Assembly (NCBI GenBank): GCA_046485285.1
Contig: JAWOHE010000072.1
Span: 1-46,334, forward strand
DNA: 46,334 nucleotides
DNA from: a bacterium
GTDB taxonomy: Bacteria > Hydrothermota > Tepidihabitantia > Tepidihabitantales > Tepidihabitantaceae
Direction of reading: 5' to 3'
The notes below the pieces were generated by a model that searched no databases, was not told the DNA's origin, and saw only the letters and a program-made list of their open reading frames with translations. Position 1 is the first letter of the stretch. Each line of letters starts with the position of its first letter. Positions 1-7,869 of the stretch are shown here, in pieces. A program made the translations under genes and the position numbers.

Positions 1-84
1 CTTGAGCACTTCCGGGTCATCCAGTAGAAACCCTTGTCCGGGCGCCTCGGCTGTGTTACTATCGGTCATTCTTCTTGTGGCCAT
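1..84 (-). CDS. 5' end of a hypothetical protein running off the left edge (MATRRMTDSNTAEAPGQGFLLDDPEVLK...)
   Basis: Minus-strand AAAGGAGG Shine-Dalgarno just upstream of ATG at 84; frame stays open to the window edge. Confidence 0.6.
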   Translation of the reverse strand, partial: MATRRMTDSNTAEAPGQGFLLDDPEVLK

Positions 85-189
85 TCGAGCCTCCTTTCGA
101 TCATAACTGACGCCACATTCTCATCGGAATGCGGCACGGCTCAATGGCCACTCTCTCTTTGCCAATTTGCAGACATTATGGCACGCAAC

Positions 190-406
190 TACCCCCTCCC
201 CCATACCCGGTATTACTCCCCCAGTAACCCCGGGGGTTACCCCCGGAGTAACCCCGGGAGTAACCCCCGGAGTAACTCCGGGAGTAACCCCCGGAGTAAC
301 TCCGGGAGTAACCCCCGGAGTAACCCCCGGAGTAACCCCCGGAGTTACTCCCGGAGTAACCCCCGGAGTTACTGGGGGAGTAATACCGGGTATGGGGGAG
401 GGGGTA
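190..406. repeat. 12-bp tandem array (18 units, core ACYCCSGGRGTW) bounded by perfect 39-bp inverted repeats
   Basis: 190-228 is the exact reverse complement of 368-406; 12-bp periodicity over 191-406. Confidence 0.95.
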
Positions 407-584
407 AATTCAGAGGTGAATGAAGCGCTGGCTTTTCAATCGATTATGACGATTTCCCGATTGGCGGGGCCGTTAGTTTCTGCTAACATGGGCTAGTGGT
501 AGTAATGCGAAGGTGGCTGGCTTTAGACCGGGAGAGACGGTCGCGCCGGGTGCGGCGTTACGCGGGTTGCGGCGGCGGGCCGGG
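388..584 (+). repeat. Dispersed repeat block, copy 1 (homologous to about 31424-31620)
   Basis: Aligns colinearly by eye with the second copy, e.g. GGGTATGGGGGAGGGGGTAAATTCAG...GGGCCGTTAGTTTCT.CTAACAT...GCGCCGGGTGCGGCGTTACGCGGGTTGCGGC. Confidence 0.9.
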
Positions 585-590
585 AGCTAA
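513..590 (+). pseudogene. Truncated 5' fragment of the XRE-HTH gene seen at 31549
   Basis: Reads MAGFRPGETVAPGAALRGLRRRAGS*, versus MAGYGLGETVAPGAALRGLRLRAGLS... at 31549. Confidence 0.7.
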
Positions 591-708
591 GCCGAGGAGG
601 AAGGCACGAAGAGCACGAGGAAGGAAGGGGAGGATGGAAGGGGCGAAGGCAGGGCGCGGAACGATGAACCCTGAACTGCGGACTTTGAACCACGGCCCGC
701 ACGGGCCG

Positions 709-938
709 GAGAGGGATTTCTCCACTCCGGGACTGCGGCCCAGAGCCTGCCCCTTCGAGTACCTCAGGACAAGCTCTGAGCGCAGTCGAAGGGGTCGAAA
801 TCACGGGCGGGCGGCGCTGTCATTCCGACGGAGGCGGCGCAGCCGCCGATTGGAGGAATCCCTTGGTCCGGGCTCGGGCGCGGGCAGAGGACGGGAGAGG
901 GATTCCTCCACTCCGCTACGCTCCGGTCGGAATGACAG
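709..938. repeat. Cluster of REP-like palindromic elements
   Basis: 817-862 (CTGTCATTCCGAC...TGGAGGAATCCC) and 899-938 form an inverted pair; related units at about 712-804 and 32006-32048. Confidence 0.7.
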
Positions 939-1028
939 GAGCCGGAGAGTGATTTCTCAGCGTCGGTCGAGCCGGGCCAGCCGATTGGAGCCTGGTCCGA
1001 TTCGCGGACCGTTGAGGTGCTTCCGACG

Positions 1029-3101
1029 CTAGCGCCCGCCGCCGGAGCGGCCGGTGTTGAGGTTGTCGTGGCGGAACTTGGGCCAGGGCGAGTTCGCCAG
1101 CGGGCTGTCGCCGGCCAGGGCGTGCAGGTAGCCGCCATTGGTCCCGAAGTAGACCGTGCCGTCCGGGCCGACCGCCGGCGAGGACCTGACGCTGGTTTCC
1201 GCGCGGTACCGCCACTGGAGGGTGCCGTCCGGGTTGACGGCGTATAGCCAGTCATCGTCCGACCCGACGAGGACGGTGCCGTCGGCGCAGACTGCCGGGG
1301 AGGAGCGGATGTAGTCGCCGGTTCGGTAGGACCATCTCGTCGTGCCCTGCGGGGTGATGGCATGGAGGCAACTGTCGTTCGACCCGATGTAGATGGTGCC
1401 GTCCGACCCGACTGCCGGCGACGAGCGGATGTAGTCGTCGGTCCGGTAGGACCATCTCATCGTTCCGTTCGGGTTGACGGCGTAGAGGTGGTTGTCGCCC
1501 GACCCGACGTAGATGGTGCCGTCCGACCCGACTGCCGGCGAGGAACGGACGTTGCCGCCGGTCAGGTAGGACCACTTCATCTTGCCCTCCGGGGTGATGG
1601 CGTGGAGGTGGTCATCGCTCGACCCGACGTAGATGGTGCCGTCCGGCCCGACTGCCGGCGAGGACAGGACACTGCCGCCGGTCTGGTACTGCCATCTCAG
1701 CGAGCCGTCCGGGTTCAGGGCATAGAGGCTGCGGTCTGAGCCTTGAGATCCGAAGTAGACCGTGCCGTCCGGGCCGAGGGCCGGCGAAGACTCAACATCG
1801 CCTTCCGCGCGGTAGCGCCACTTGAGGGTGCCGTCCGGGTTGACGGCGTGGAGGTGGTTGTCGTCCGACCCGACGTAGACGGTGCCGTCCGGACCGACTG
1901 CCGGCGAGGACAGGACACGGCCGTCGGTTAGGTACCGCCATCTCAGCGAGCCGTCCGGGTTCAGAGCATCGAGGTTGTTGTCACGAGACCCGAAGTAGAC
2001 GGCGCCGTCCGGCCCGAGGGCCGGCGAGGTCCAGATGCGCCCGAGTGTGCGGTAGCGCCAGCGCAACGCCGGCCGAACGTCGAATACCTGGGGCGGCGAC
2101 CAGTCCGAAACAGCGCCCTGGTCATCCCGGGCCTGCGCCTTGACCTCGAACGTGCCGAACGACGACCAGGCGTGACCCATCGTCGCGGTGTCGCCCGAGC
2201 GGACGAATCCACTCCAGTCGGACGTGTCGCCGTCGCCCCAGTCGAAGCGGATGGCGACGCGGTTGCCATCCGGGTCGTTTGCCAGCGATGACAGGCTGTG
2301 GGTGGCGTTCCTTTCGCCGTCCCAGGGCCCGAGCGGGGCGAGCGGGCGATAGGGCGGGTGGCTGCTGACCGAGAAGCGGCGCGGTACCGACCAGTCGGTC
2401 GTCCAGCCGCCCGGGTCCATCGAGCGGGCCCGGATTTCGTAGGTCCCGCGGCCGGCGTAGCCGTGGACGCCGACGAAGGCGGAGCCGCTCGCGACCGGCA
2501 GGCTCCAGGCGGGCGGCGTGGAATCACCCCAGTCGAACTGGATGCGGAGGCTCTCGCCGTACGGGCTCGCGGCCGTGGTCGAGAACTCGTGCAGTATCGA
2601 GGTGTAGCCGCTGTCCGGCCCGGCCGGCATCGTCGGACGGGCAGGGTGACGGCGGCCGATGCTGACCTCGAGCGGGTTGGACCATTCGGACAGGTTGTCC
2701 GCGTCGTCCCGCGCCCGGACCCTGACGACGACCGCCCCGGAGTCGGAGTACACGTGTCGGACCAGGACCGTGTCGCCGCTGGCCGCCGGCGGGGTCCACT
2801 CTCCGCCGCAGGTGTCGCCCCACGTGAAGAAGTAGCTGAGTTGCCTGCCTTCCGGGTCGGTGGCCACCGCCGCATAGTGCAGGGTGTCGCCGGGCCAGCC
2901 GGAAAGGTCGCCGGAGAGCTCGGGCAGGGTCGGAGCCAGGTTGCGGCGGCAGGTTCCGGCCACGAGGGCAAGGACGGCCAGTGCCAGCGCCCCGGCGCGG
3001 ATGGACCGCGCGGCACCTACGGCCCTCACCCTTCCCTCTCCCAGCGGGAGAGGGAAGGGTGGTGGTGGGGCGAAGCCTGGGTGCGGGGTAGCGTGAGCCA
3101 T
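1029..3101 (-). CDS. Lipoprotein with PKD-like (FDWGD) repeats and a PQQ/BamB-type beta-propeller
   Basis: Hydrophobic signal ending LVAGTC; three F.WGD modules; about 8 blades of the form SSPAVGPDGTVYVGS.D..L.A.NPDG; alternative GTG start at 3029. Confidence 0.85.
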   Translation of the reverse strand: MAHATPHPGFAPPPPFPLPLGEGRVRAVGAARSIRAGALALAVLALVAGTCRRNLAPTLPELSGDLSGWPGDTLHYAAVATDPEGRQLSYFFTWGDTCGGEWTPPAASGDTVLVRHVYSDSGAVVVRVRARDDADNLSEWSNPLEVSIGRRHPARPTMPAGPDSGYTSILHEFSTTAASPYGESLRIQFDWGDSTPPAWSLPVASGSAFVGVHGYAGRGTYEIRARSMDPGGWTTDWSVPRRFSVSSHPPYRPLAPLGPWDGERNATHSLSSLANDPDGNRVAIRFDWGDGDTSDWSGFVRSGDTATMGHAWSSFGTFEVKAQARDDQGAVSDWSPPQVFDVRPALRWRYRTLGRIWTSPALGPDGAVYFGSRDNNLDALNPDGSLRWRYLTDGRVLSSPAVGPDGTVYVGSDDNHLHAVNPDGTLKWRYRAEGDVESSPALGPDGTVYFGSQGSDRSLYALNPDGSLRWQYQTGGSVLSSPAVGPDGTIYVGSSDDHLHAITPEGKMKWSYLTGGNVRSSPAVGSDGTIYVGSGDNHLYAVNPNGTMRWSYRTDDYIRSSPAVGSDGTIYIGSNDSCLHAITPQGTTRWSYRTGDYIRSSPAVCADGTVLVGSDDDWLYAVNPDGTLQWRYRAETSVRSSPAVGPDGTVYFGTNGGYLHALAGDSPLANSPWPKFRHDNLNTGRSGGGR
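3021..3061. repeat. Palindromic REP-like element CCCTCACCCTTCCCTCTCCC-AGC-GGGAGAGGG
   Basis: Hairpin; near-identical copy in the opposite orientation at about 30859-30906. Confidence 0.75.
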
Positions 3102-3112
3102 CGGGTCACACG

Positions 3113-4945
3113 TCAGCGCCTGCCGGCCCAGCCCGAGCGGGCCGGGTCGTGGTTGTAGGTCGGCCAGGGCGCGGTCGCGAGACGCAGGTCACCGAGCGAG
3201 ATGCACCAGAGGCCCTCATACACGGTCGGCAGGTAGGCGTTTCCGTCCGGCCCGATGACCACGGAGGCGTCGCCATTCTCCTCGTCGGCGCGGCGCGCGC
3301 GGGCCGGGTCGAGGTCAAGCGAGTCCTCGCCGGAGAACTCCCAGAGCAGGTTGCCGTCCCGGTCGACGGCGGCGAGGTAGACCCGTTCCGCTTCAGTCAA
3401 GAGAATCGAGCCGTCGGCGGCAAGGACGGGTGTCGCGTCTGCGGGTAGCTCGTCGAACTCCAGGCTCCAGTTTTCGTTCCCAGTGTTGACATCGAAGCAG
3501 ACGAGGGAGGGATGGTATTGGTCCAAGCAGTAGGCCGCGTCGCCGGGGCCGACCACCAGTGAGGCCGCGCCGGGGTCGAGGGTGTTGTTCGACCAGACGA
3601 GCGTCCCGTCGGGGTCGAAGCAGTAGACCCCGTGGTCGGTGACGGGAAGCAGTATCCGGCCCCGGCCGTCGATGACCGGGTAGGCAGGGTCGTAGTACTC
3701 CGTGGGGATCTCGGTCTCGCTGGCCCAGAGCAGGTTGCCCTCGGCCGAGACGGCGGACAGGCGCACGAAGGTGTCGGTTTCGCAGGCAACGTAGACCGTG
3801 CCATCGGCGCCGACGGCCGGGCAGGGCGAGATCGACCAGCAGTCGTCGAAATCGACGCGCCAGACCACCCGGGCCGAGTCGCCGTCGTCGGCTAGCCTGA
3901 TGAGCCGGTAGGTCCCGGGAGGGTCGCCGGACGTCACGTAGACTTCGTCGTTCGGGCCGATGGCCGGCGTGCCCTCCAGCCATTGCATCCCTGGCTCATA
4001 CTGCCAGCAGATGCGGCCGTTGTCGGCGTCAAGGCAGTTGAGGCGCATCCTCACGTCGTCCACGACGAAGAGGCGGGACCCGTCGCGGTTGAGCGACGGG
4101 GCGTGTGCACCGTCAAACATGCCCTCGCCCCAGATTCGCGTCGACCAGACCAGCCTGCCGTCAGCGGCGTGGCAGGCGACGCCTTCGAGGTCGCCGGACA
4201 GGCTGTAGATGCGCAGTTCGCCGTCCCGGTACCCGAGTGCGGCCGACGCCTCGTAGCCCACTTTGTCATGCTCCCAGATCCAGAGCGGGGCGATGCGCGA
4301 GACCTTGAGGGCGATCCCGGCCGCGGCCGCGGTGATGGTGCCCCGGGCGTCGCGCAGGTCGACGCGCACCTGGTAGATGCCGTCGGCGGCGTAGCGCACC
4401 GAGTCGAGGACCGTGTCGCCGGGCGCGGCGGCGAGCGACCACGCCGAGGCCGTCCCGTCGCCCCACCGGAACCGGGCCGAGACGCTGTCGCCGTCCGCGT
4501 CGGACACCACCGCCCGGAACCGGCACCAGCGGTCCCGGCCGTACCAGCGCGGGCCGAGCAGTGTGTCGACGAGGAATGGCGGCAGGGAACGGGCGTAGGG
4601 GGCGGCGTCGCTCCAGCCCGACCAGCGGCCGAGGGCGTTGACCGCGCGGGCGCGGACCGCGAAGCTCCCGGTGTCAGCAAAGGCATGGCAGGCCCAGGCG
4701 GTGTCGCCGCTGGCGACATAGGCCGAGGTGTCGAAGGTGCCATCGCCCCAGTCGAAGACGCAGGCGACCGGCTGGCCGCCCGGGTCAGCGGAGCTCGTGA
4801 AGAAGGCAAGCGAGTCGCCGCGGGCGTCGGCAGCCGGCGGCGCGGGCACGGTCGGCGAGCCGTGCGGGCAGGCGAGGAACAGGACCGCGGCGGACAGCGC
4901 GAGCAGTCGCACCGTGCGGTCGGACGCCACGTTGCTGCCGCTCAT
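3113..4945 (-). CDS. Lipoprotein with PKD-like repeats and a divergent PQQ-type beta-propeller
   Basis: Lipobox LFLAC; FDWGDG and FRWGDG modules; propeller blades; C-terminal PWPTYNHD..RSG matches the neighbour's PWPKFRHD..NTG; start is 4945 or 4948. Confidence 0.85.
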   Translation of the reverse strand: MSGSNVASDRTVRLLALSAAVLFLACPHGSPTVPAPPAADARGDSLAFFTSSADPGGQPVACVFDWGDGTFDTSAYVASGDTAWACHAFADTGSFAVRARAVNALGRWSGWSDAAPYARSLPPFLVDTLLGPRWYGRDRWCRFRAVVSDADGDSVSARFRWGDGTASAWSLAAAPGDTVLDSVRYAADGIYQVRVDLRDARGTITAAAAGIALKVSRIAPLWIWEHDKVGYEASAALGYRDGELRIYSLSGDLEGVACHAADGRLVWSTRIWGEGMFDGAHAPSLNRDGSRLFVVDDVRMRLNCLDADNGRICWQYEPGMQWLEGTPAIGPNDEVYVTSGDPPGTYRLIRLADDGDSARVVWRVDFDDCWSISPCPAVGADGTVYVACETDTFVRLSAVSAEGNLLWASETEIPTEYYDPAYPVIDGRGRILLPVTDHGVYCFDPDGTLVWSNNTLDPGAASLVVGPGDAAYCLDQYHPSLVCFDVNTGNENWSLEFDELPADATPVLAADGSILLTEAERVYLAAVDRDGNLLWEFSGEDSLDLDPARARRADEENGDASVVIGPDGNAYLPTVYEGLWCISLGDLRLATAPWPTYNHDPARSGWAGRR

Positions 4946-4951
4946 CATCGC

Positions 4952-4980
4952 ATTGTATGCACAGGCTTTCCACCTGTCAA
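4952..4980 (-). promoter_or_regulatory. Sigma70-type promoter TTGACA-N17-TACAAT, probably leaderless
   Basis: Near-consensus hexamers; -10 ends 6 nt before ATG 4945. Confidence 0.75.
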
Positions 4981-5053
4981 GGCCGGATCGGCCCGGAGGA
5001 GGGCGCGCAGGAAACGGCGAGGAGGGGTCTCGCGGCGCCGCACCGCGTCCCGG

Positions 5054-5575
5054 TCAGGGCGCGGGGGGAGTCTCGGCCGGGACTGCGGCGTCCGGCTTGA
5101 CGGCGCTCGCCCCGGCGATGACCAGCCCGCCCTTCCACGCGCCGAAGGTCGCCGCGACGAAGACGAGCAGGTCGAGGAACTGGGCCAGGAGGCCGCTGGT
5201 CAGGGTCGCCAGCAGTCCCATCGGGACCACCCCGACGCCGATGACCAGCAGGCCGGCGACCGCGGCCAGCGTTCCCCAGATGGCGTAGGTGAGGGAGAAG
5301 CCGACCAGCCAGGCCGTGAGGCCGAGGAGTCGGGCCGACAGGTGGATAGCGGCGCCGGCGTGGGGGCGGAGAGTCCTGGCGGCCGACAGCGGCAGGAGGA
5401 CGAGGAGGTCGAGGGCGAGCAGCGCCCAGCCGATAGTAGCGAGGACCGGCAGAAGCCGGGCCGTCACCCAGTCGTTGCCGCGGAGGAAGCCGGTGACGAT
5501 GATGACCGCGCCGGCGACGAGGACGACCTTGAGCAGGTAGCCGCCGGCGGGCTTGACCCACCCCGGCCGGCTCAC
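5054..5575 (-). CDS. Hypothetical integral membrane protein
   Basis: Several hydrophobic segments; GGAGG upstream of the GTG start. Confidence 0.75.
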   Translation of the reverse strand: MSRPGWVKPAGGYLLKVVLVAGAVIIVTGFLRGNDWVTARLLPVLATIGWALLALDLLVLLPLSAARTLRPHAGAAIHLSARLLGLTAWLVGFSLTYAIWGTLAAVAGLLVIGVGVVPMGLLATLTSGLLAQFLDLLVFVAATFGAWKGGLVIAGASAVKPDAAVPAETPPAP

Positions 5576-5778
5576 CGGGAGCCTCCCGCGCCTGCCGCGG
5601 GCAGGACAGCGCCGGGGGGCTGCCCGAGACAGCGATTATGATTCAACGCCAGGACACAAGGACCGAGGTTTCCGGGTCCGAACCCCGGCGCAAGGAACTG
5701 CTGGCGCAGCACGCGCCGGGAGTCCGTTCCGGAGTCCGGGAGGGACTTCTCCTCTGCTCCGCGTCGCAGGCGCGGCTT

Positions 5779-5806
5779 CCCGGCGGCCACCGGCCGCCGG
5801 GCTTTT
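5779..5806 (+). terminator. Possible intrinsic terminator hairpin
   Basis: CCCGGCGGCC-ACC-GGCCGCCGGG followed by CTTTT. Confidence 0.45.
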
Positions 5807-5993
5807 CGTGTCTTTGTGGTCTGTCCGATATTCGTGCCGTCGCCGGGCCTCACGTTTCGCAGTCTAGTGCGGGCCGGCAGCCTGTCAAGAGAAGGAACTG
5901 GCGCCCCCGCAGCGGTCCTGCCTGCCGGCAAGCACGGCCGGCCTTGCCTGTCGGCTCCCCATCCGCCGCCGTTCGTCCGTCATGCCGCGCGGG

Positions 5994-6021
5994 TTGACGG
6001 GGCGGGTCAGGGCGGTATCCT
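5994..6021 (+). promoter_or_regulatory. Putative promoter of the etf-hdr operon, TTGACG-N16-TATCCT
   Basis: Hexamers upstream of the AGGAGG and GTG of etfB. Confidence 0.55.
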
Positions 6022-6112
6022 GATTGCCCTCGATGGACGATAATCTCGCCCGGCGGCCGCATCCCGCCTCGAGCGGGCCGGCGGCGTCGGGCTTTCCAGC
6101 ACAGGAGGTGGC

Positions 6113-6901
6113 GTGAAGGTCGCGGTTTGCGTGAAGCGGGTGCCGGACATCGCCGAGGCCGACGTCCGGGTGGACGAAAGCGGCCGGGACGTGGTCCGGG
6201 ACAGGTTCCAGTTCACAATCAACGAGGCGGACAACTACGCGCTCGAGGAGGCGCTGCTGTTCGCCGAGAATCACGAGGCCGAGGTCGTGCTGGTGACCGT
6301 CGGCGGTCCGGAGACGACCGAGGTTCTGCGGATGGGGCTGGCCAAGGGCGCGGCCCGGGCGGCGCGGATCGAGCCGGCCGGGCTCGAAGGCGCGGACGCG
6401 GTAGGCCTGGCCCGGGTGCTGGCCGCGTACTGCCGCCGGGAGGAATTCGACCTGGTGCTGTGCGGCGCGATCGCGCAGGATACCGAGGAGTCGCTGGTCG
6501 GGCCGGCGCTGGCCGAACTGCTGGACTGGCCGCACGCGGCCTACGTAACGAAACTCGAGCCGACCGACGCCGGGCTGACCGTGAAGCGGGAGCTCGAGGG
6601 CGGTTTCCTCGAAGTGAAGGAGCTGCCGAGGCCGTGCGTCGTGACAATCCAGACCGGCGGCAACACGCCGCGCTACGCGTCGATTCTCGGGATCAAGCGG
6701 GCCGGCGCCAAGCCGGTTGACGAGCTTACGCCGGATGGGTTGGGGCTGGCGGCCGGGGAAATTGGCGCAGCCGGGTCGAAGACCCGGCTGGTTCGGCTCT
6801 ACGCGCCGGAGGTGACCGGCGCGGCGGAGATGATCGAGGGCGATGTCCCGGAGAAGGCGGCACGCCTAGCCGAGATCCTGAAAGAGCGGGGGCTGGCATG
6901 A
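6113..6901 (+). CDS. etfB: Electron transfer flavoprotein beta subunit
   Basis: MKVAVCVKRVPD, INEADNYALEEAL, VGPALAELL, NTPRYAS motifs; AGGAGG RBS. Confidence 0.95.
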   Translation: MKVAVCVKRVPDIAEADVRVDESGRDVVRDRFQFTINEADNYALEEALLFAENHEAEVVLVTVGGPETTEVLRMGLAKGAARAARIEPAGLEGADAVGLARVLAAYCRREEFDLVLCGAIAQDTEESLVGPALAELLDWPHAAYVTKLEPTDAGLTVKRELEGGFLEVKELPRPCVVTIQTGGNTPRYASILGIKRAGAKPVDELTPDGLGLAAGEIGAAGSKTRLVRLYAPEVTGAAEMIEGDVPEKAARLAEILKERGLA

Positions 6902-7869
6902 GCGGCATCCTGGTCCTGGTCGAGCACCGACAGGGCTCGGTGCGGGACGTCACGTGGGAGATGCTGGCCGCGGGCCGGAAGCTGGCTGCGGAGACGGGCG
7001 GCGAGTGTGCGGCGGTGTTGCTGGGCGGGACGGCGGCGATGGCGGCCGAGGTCGCGAAGCGAGCGGACCGGGTGATTCACGCCGGGCACGAGTCGCTGGC
7101 CGATTTCAACTACGAGCCTTACCAGCGGGCGCTGGTTGCGCTGGCGCGGGAGCGGCAGGCCCGAGTGGTGCTGGTTGCCCACACGGCCCAGGGCAGCGAC
7201 CTCGGGCCGAGTCTGGCGGTGGCGCTGGGCTGCGGGGTGGTTTCGGATGCGTGCGGGTTCGCGAAGACGGCTGACGGGCTGGCCGTGACGCGCGGGATGT
7301 ATGCGTCGAAGCTGGCGGCGGATTTCGTCGTGCCCGAACTGCCGGCGGTGCTGATGGTGCGGCAGTCGAATTTCAAGGCGGCGGAGCCGGGCGCGGCCGG
7401 GCCGGTCGAGGCGTGGGACGCCTCGGCGGCGCTGGCGGAGCCGCTACGGACCCGGTTCATCACGCTCGAAGAGCTGCCGACGACCGGCATCGACATCACC
7501 AAGGCCGACGTCGTAATCGGGGTCGGCCGGGGGGTGAAGGACGAGGCCAACCTTGGTCCGGTGCGCGAGCTTGCCGAGGCGCTCGGCGCGGTGCTGGCCG
7601 GGTCGCGGCCGGTGATTGACGCGGGCTGGCTGGAGAAGGAGCGGCAGGTCGGCTCGTCGGGCAAGACGGTGAAGCCGAAGCTGTACATCGCGCTGGGAAT
7701 CTCCGGCTCGTTCCAGCACGTCGCCGGAATGAAGGGCGCGGAGACGATCATCGCGGTGAACAAGGACCCGCACGCGCCGATTTTCTCGGTCGCCCACTTC
7801 GGCATCGTTGACGACCTCCTGAAGGTCGTGCCGGCGCTCAGGCAGAAACTCGGGGAGACGAGGCAATGA
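6898..7869 (+). CDS. etfA: Electron transfer flavoprotein alpha subunit
   Basis: GSRPVIDAGW, RQVGSSGKTVKPKLYIALGISG, AVNKDPHAPIF motifs; ATGA overlap with etfB. Confidence 0.95.
   Translation: MSGILVLVEHRQGSVRDVTWEMLAAGRKLAAETGGECAAVLLGGTAAMAAEVAKRADRVIHAGHESLADFNYEPYQRALVALARERQARVVLVAHTAQGSDLGPSLAVALGCGVVSDACGFAKTADGLAVTRGMYASKLAADFVVPELPAVLMVRQSNFKAAEPGAAGPVEAWDASAALAEPLRTRFITLEELPTTGIDITKADVVIGVGRGVKDEANLGPVRELAEALGAVLAGSRPVIDAGWLEKERQVGSSGKTVKPKLYIALGISGSFQHVAGMKGAETIIAVNKDPHAPIFSVAHFGIVDDLLKVVPALRQKLGETRQ

Noticed and set aside
190-406. CRISPR array
   Set aside because: Contiguous 12-bp units with no unique spacers and no cas genes; the same applies to the other two arrays
167-496. 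109-aa TPGV-repeat ORF, and the overlapping 34-423 ORF, as real proteins
   Set aside because: The open frames follow from the symmetric 12-bp repeat; differences from the second copy in the shared tail are largely non-synonymous; the tail overlaps a promoter; no RBS
1141-2050. Diversity-generating retroelement template/variable repeats
   Set aside because: The repeats are in-frame propeller blades, differences are not adenine-specific, and no reverse transcriptase is present
5640-5810. Known ncRNA or riboswitch (SRP, 6S, cobalamin)
   Set aside because: No diagnostic motif could be matched by eye; an Rfam scan is needed
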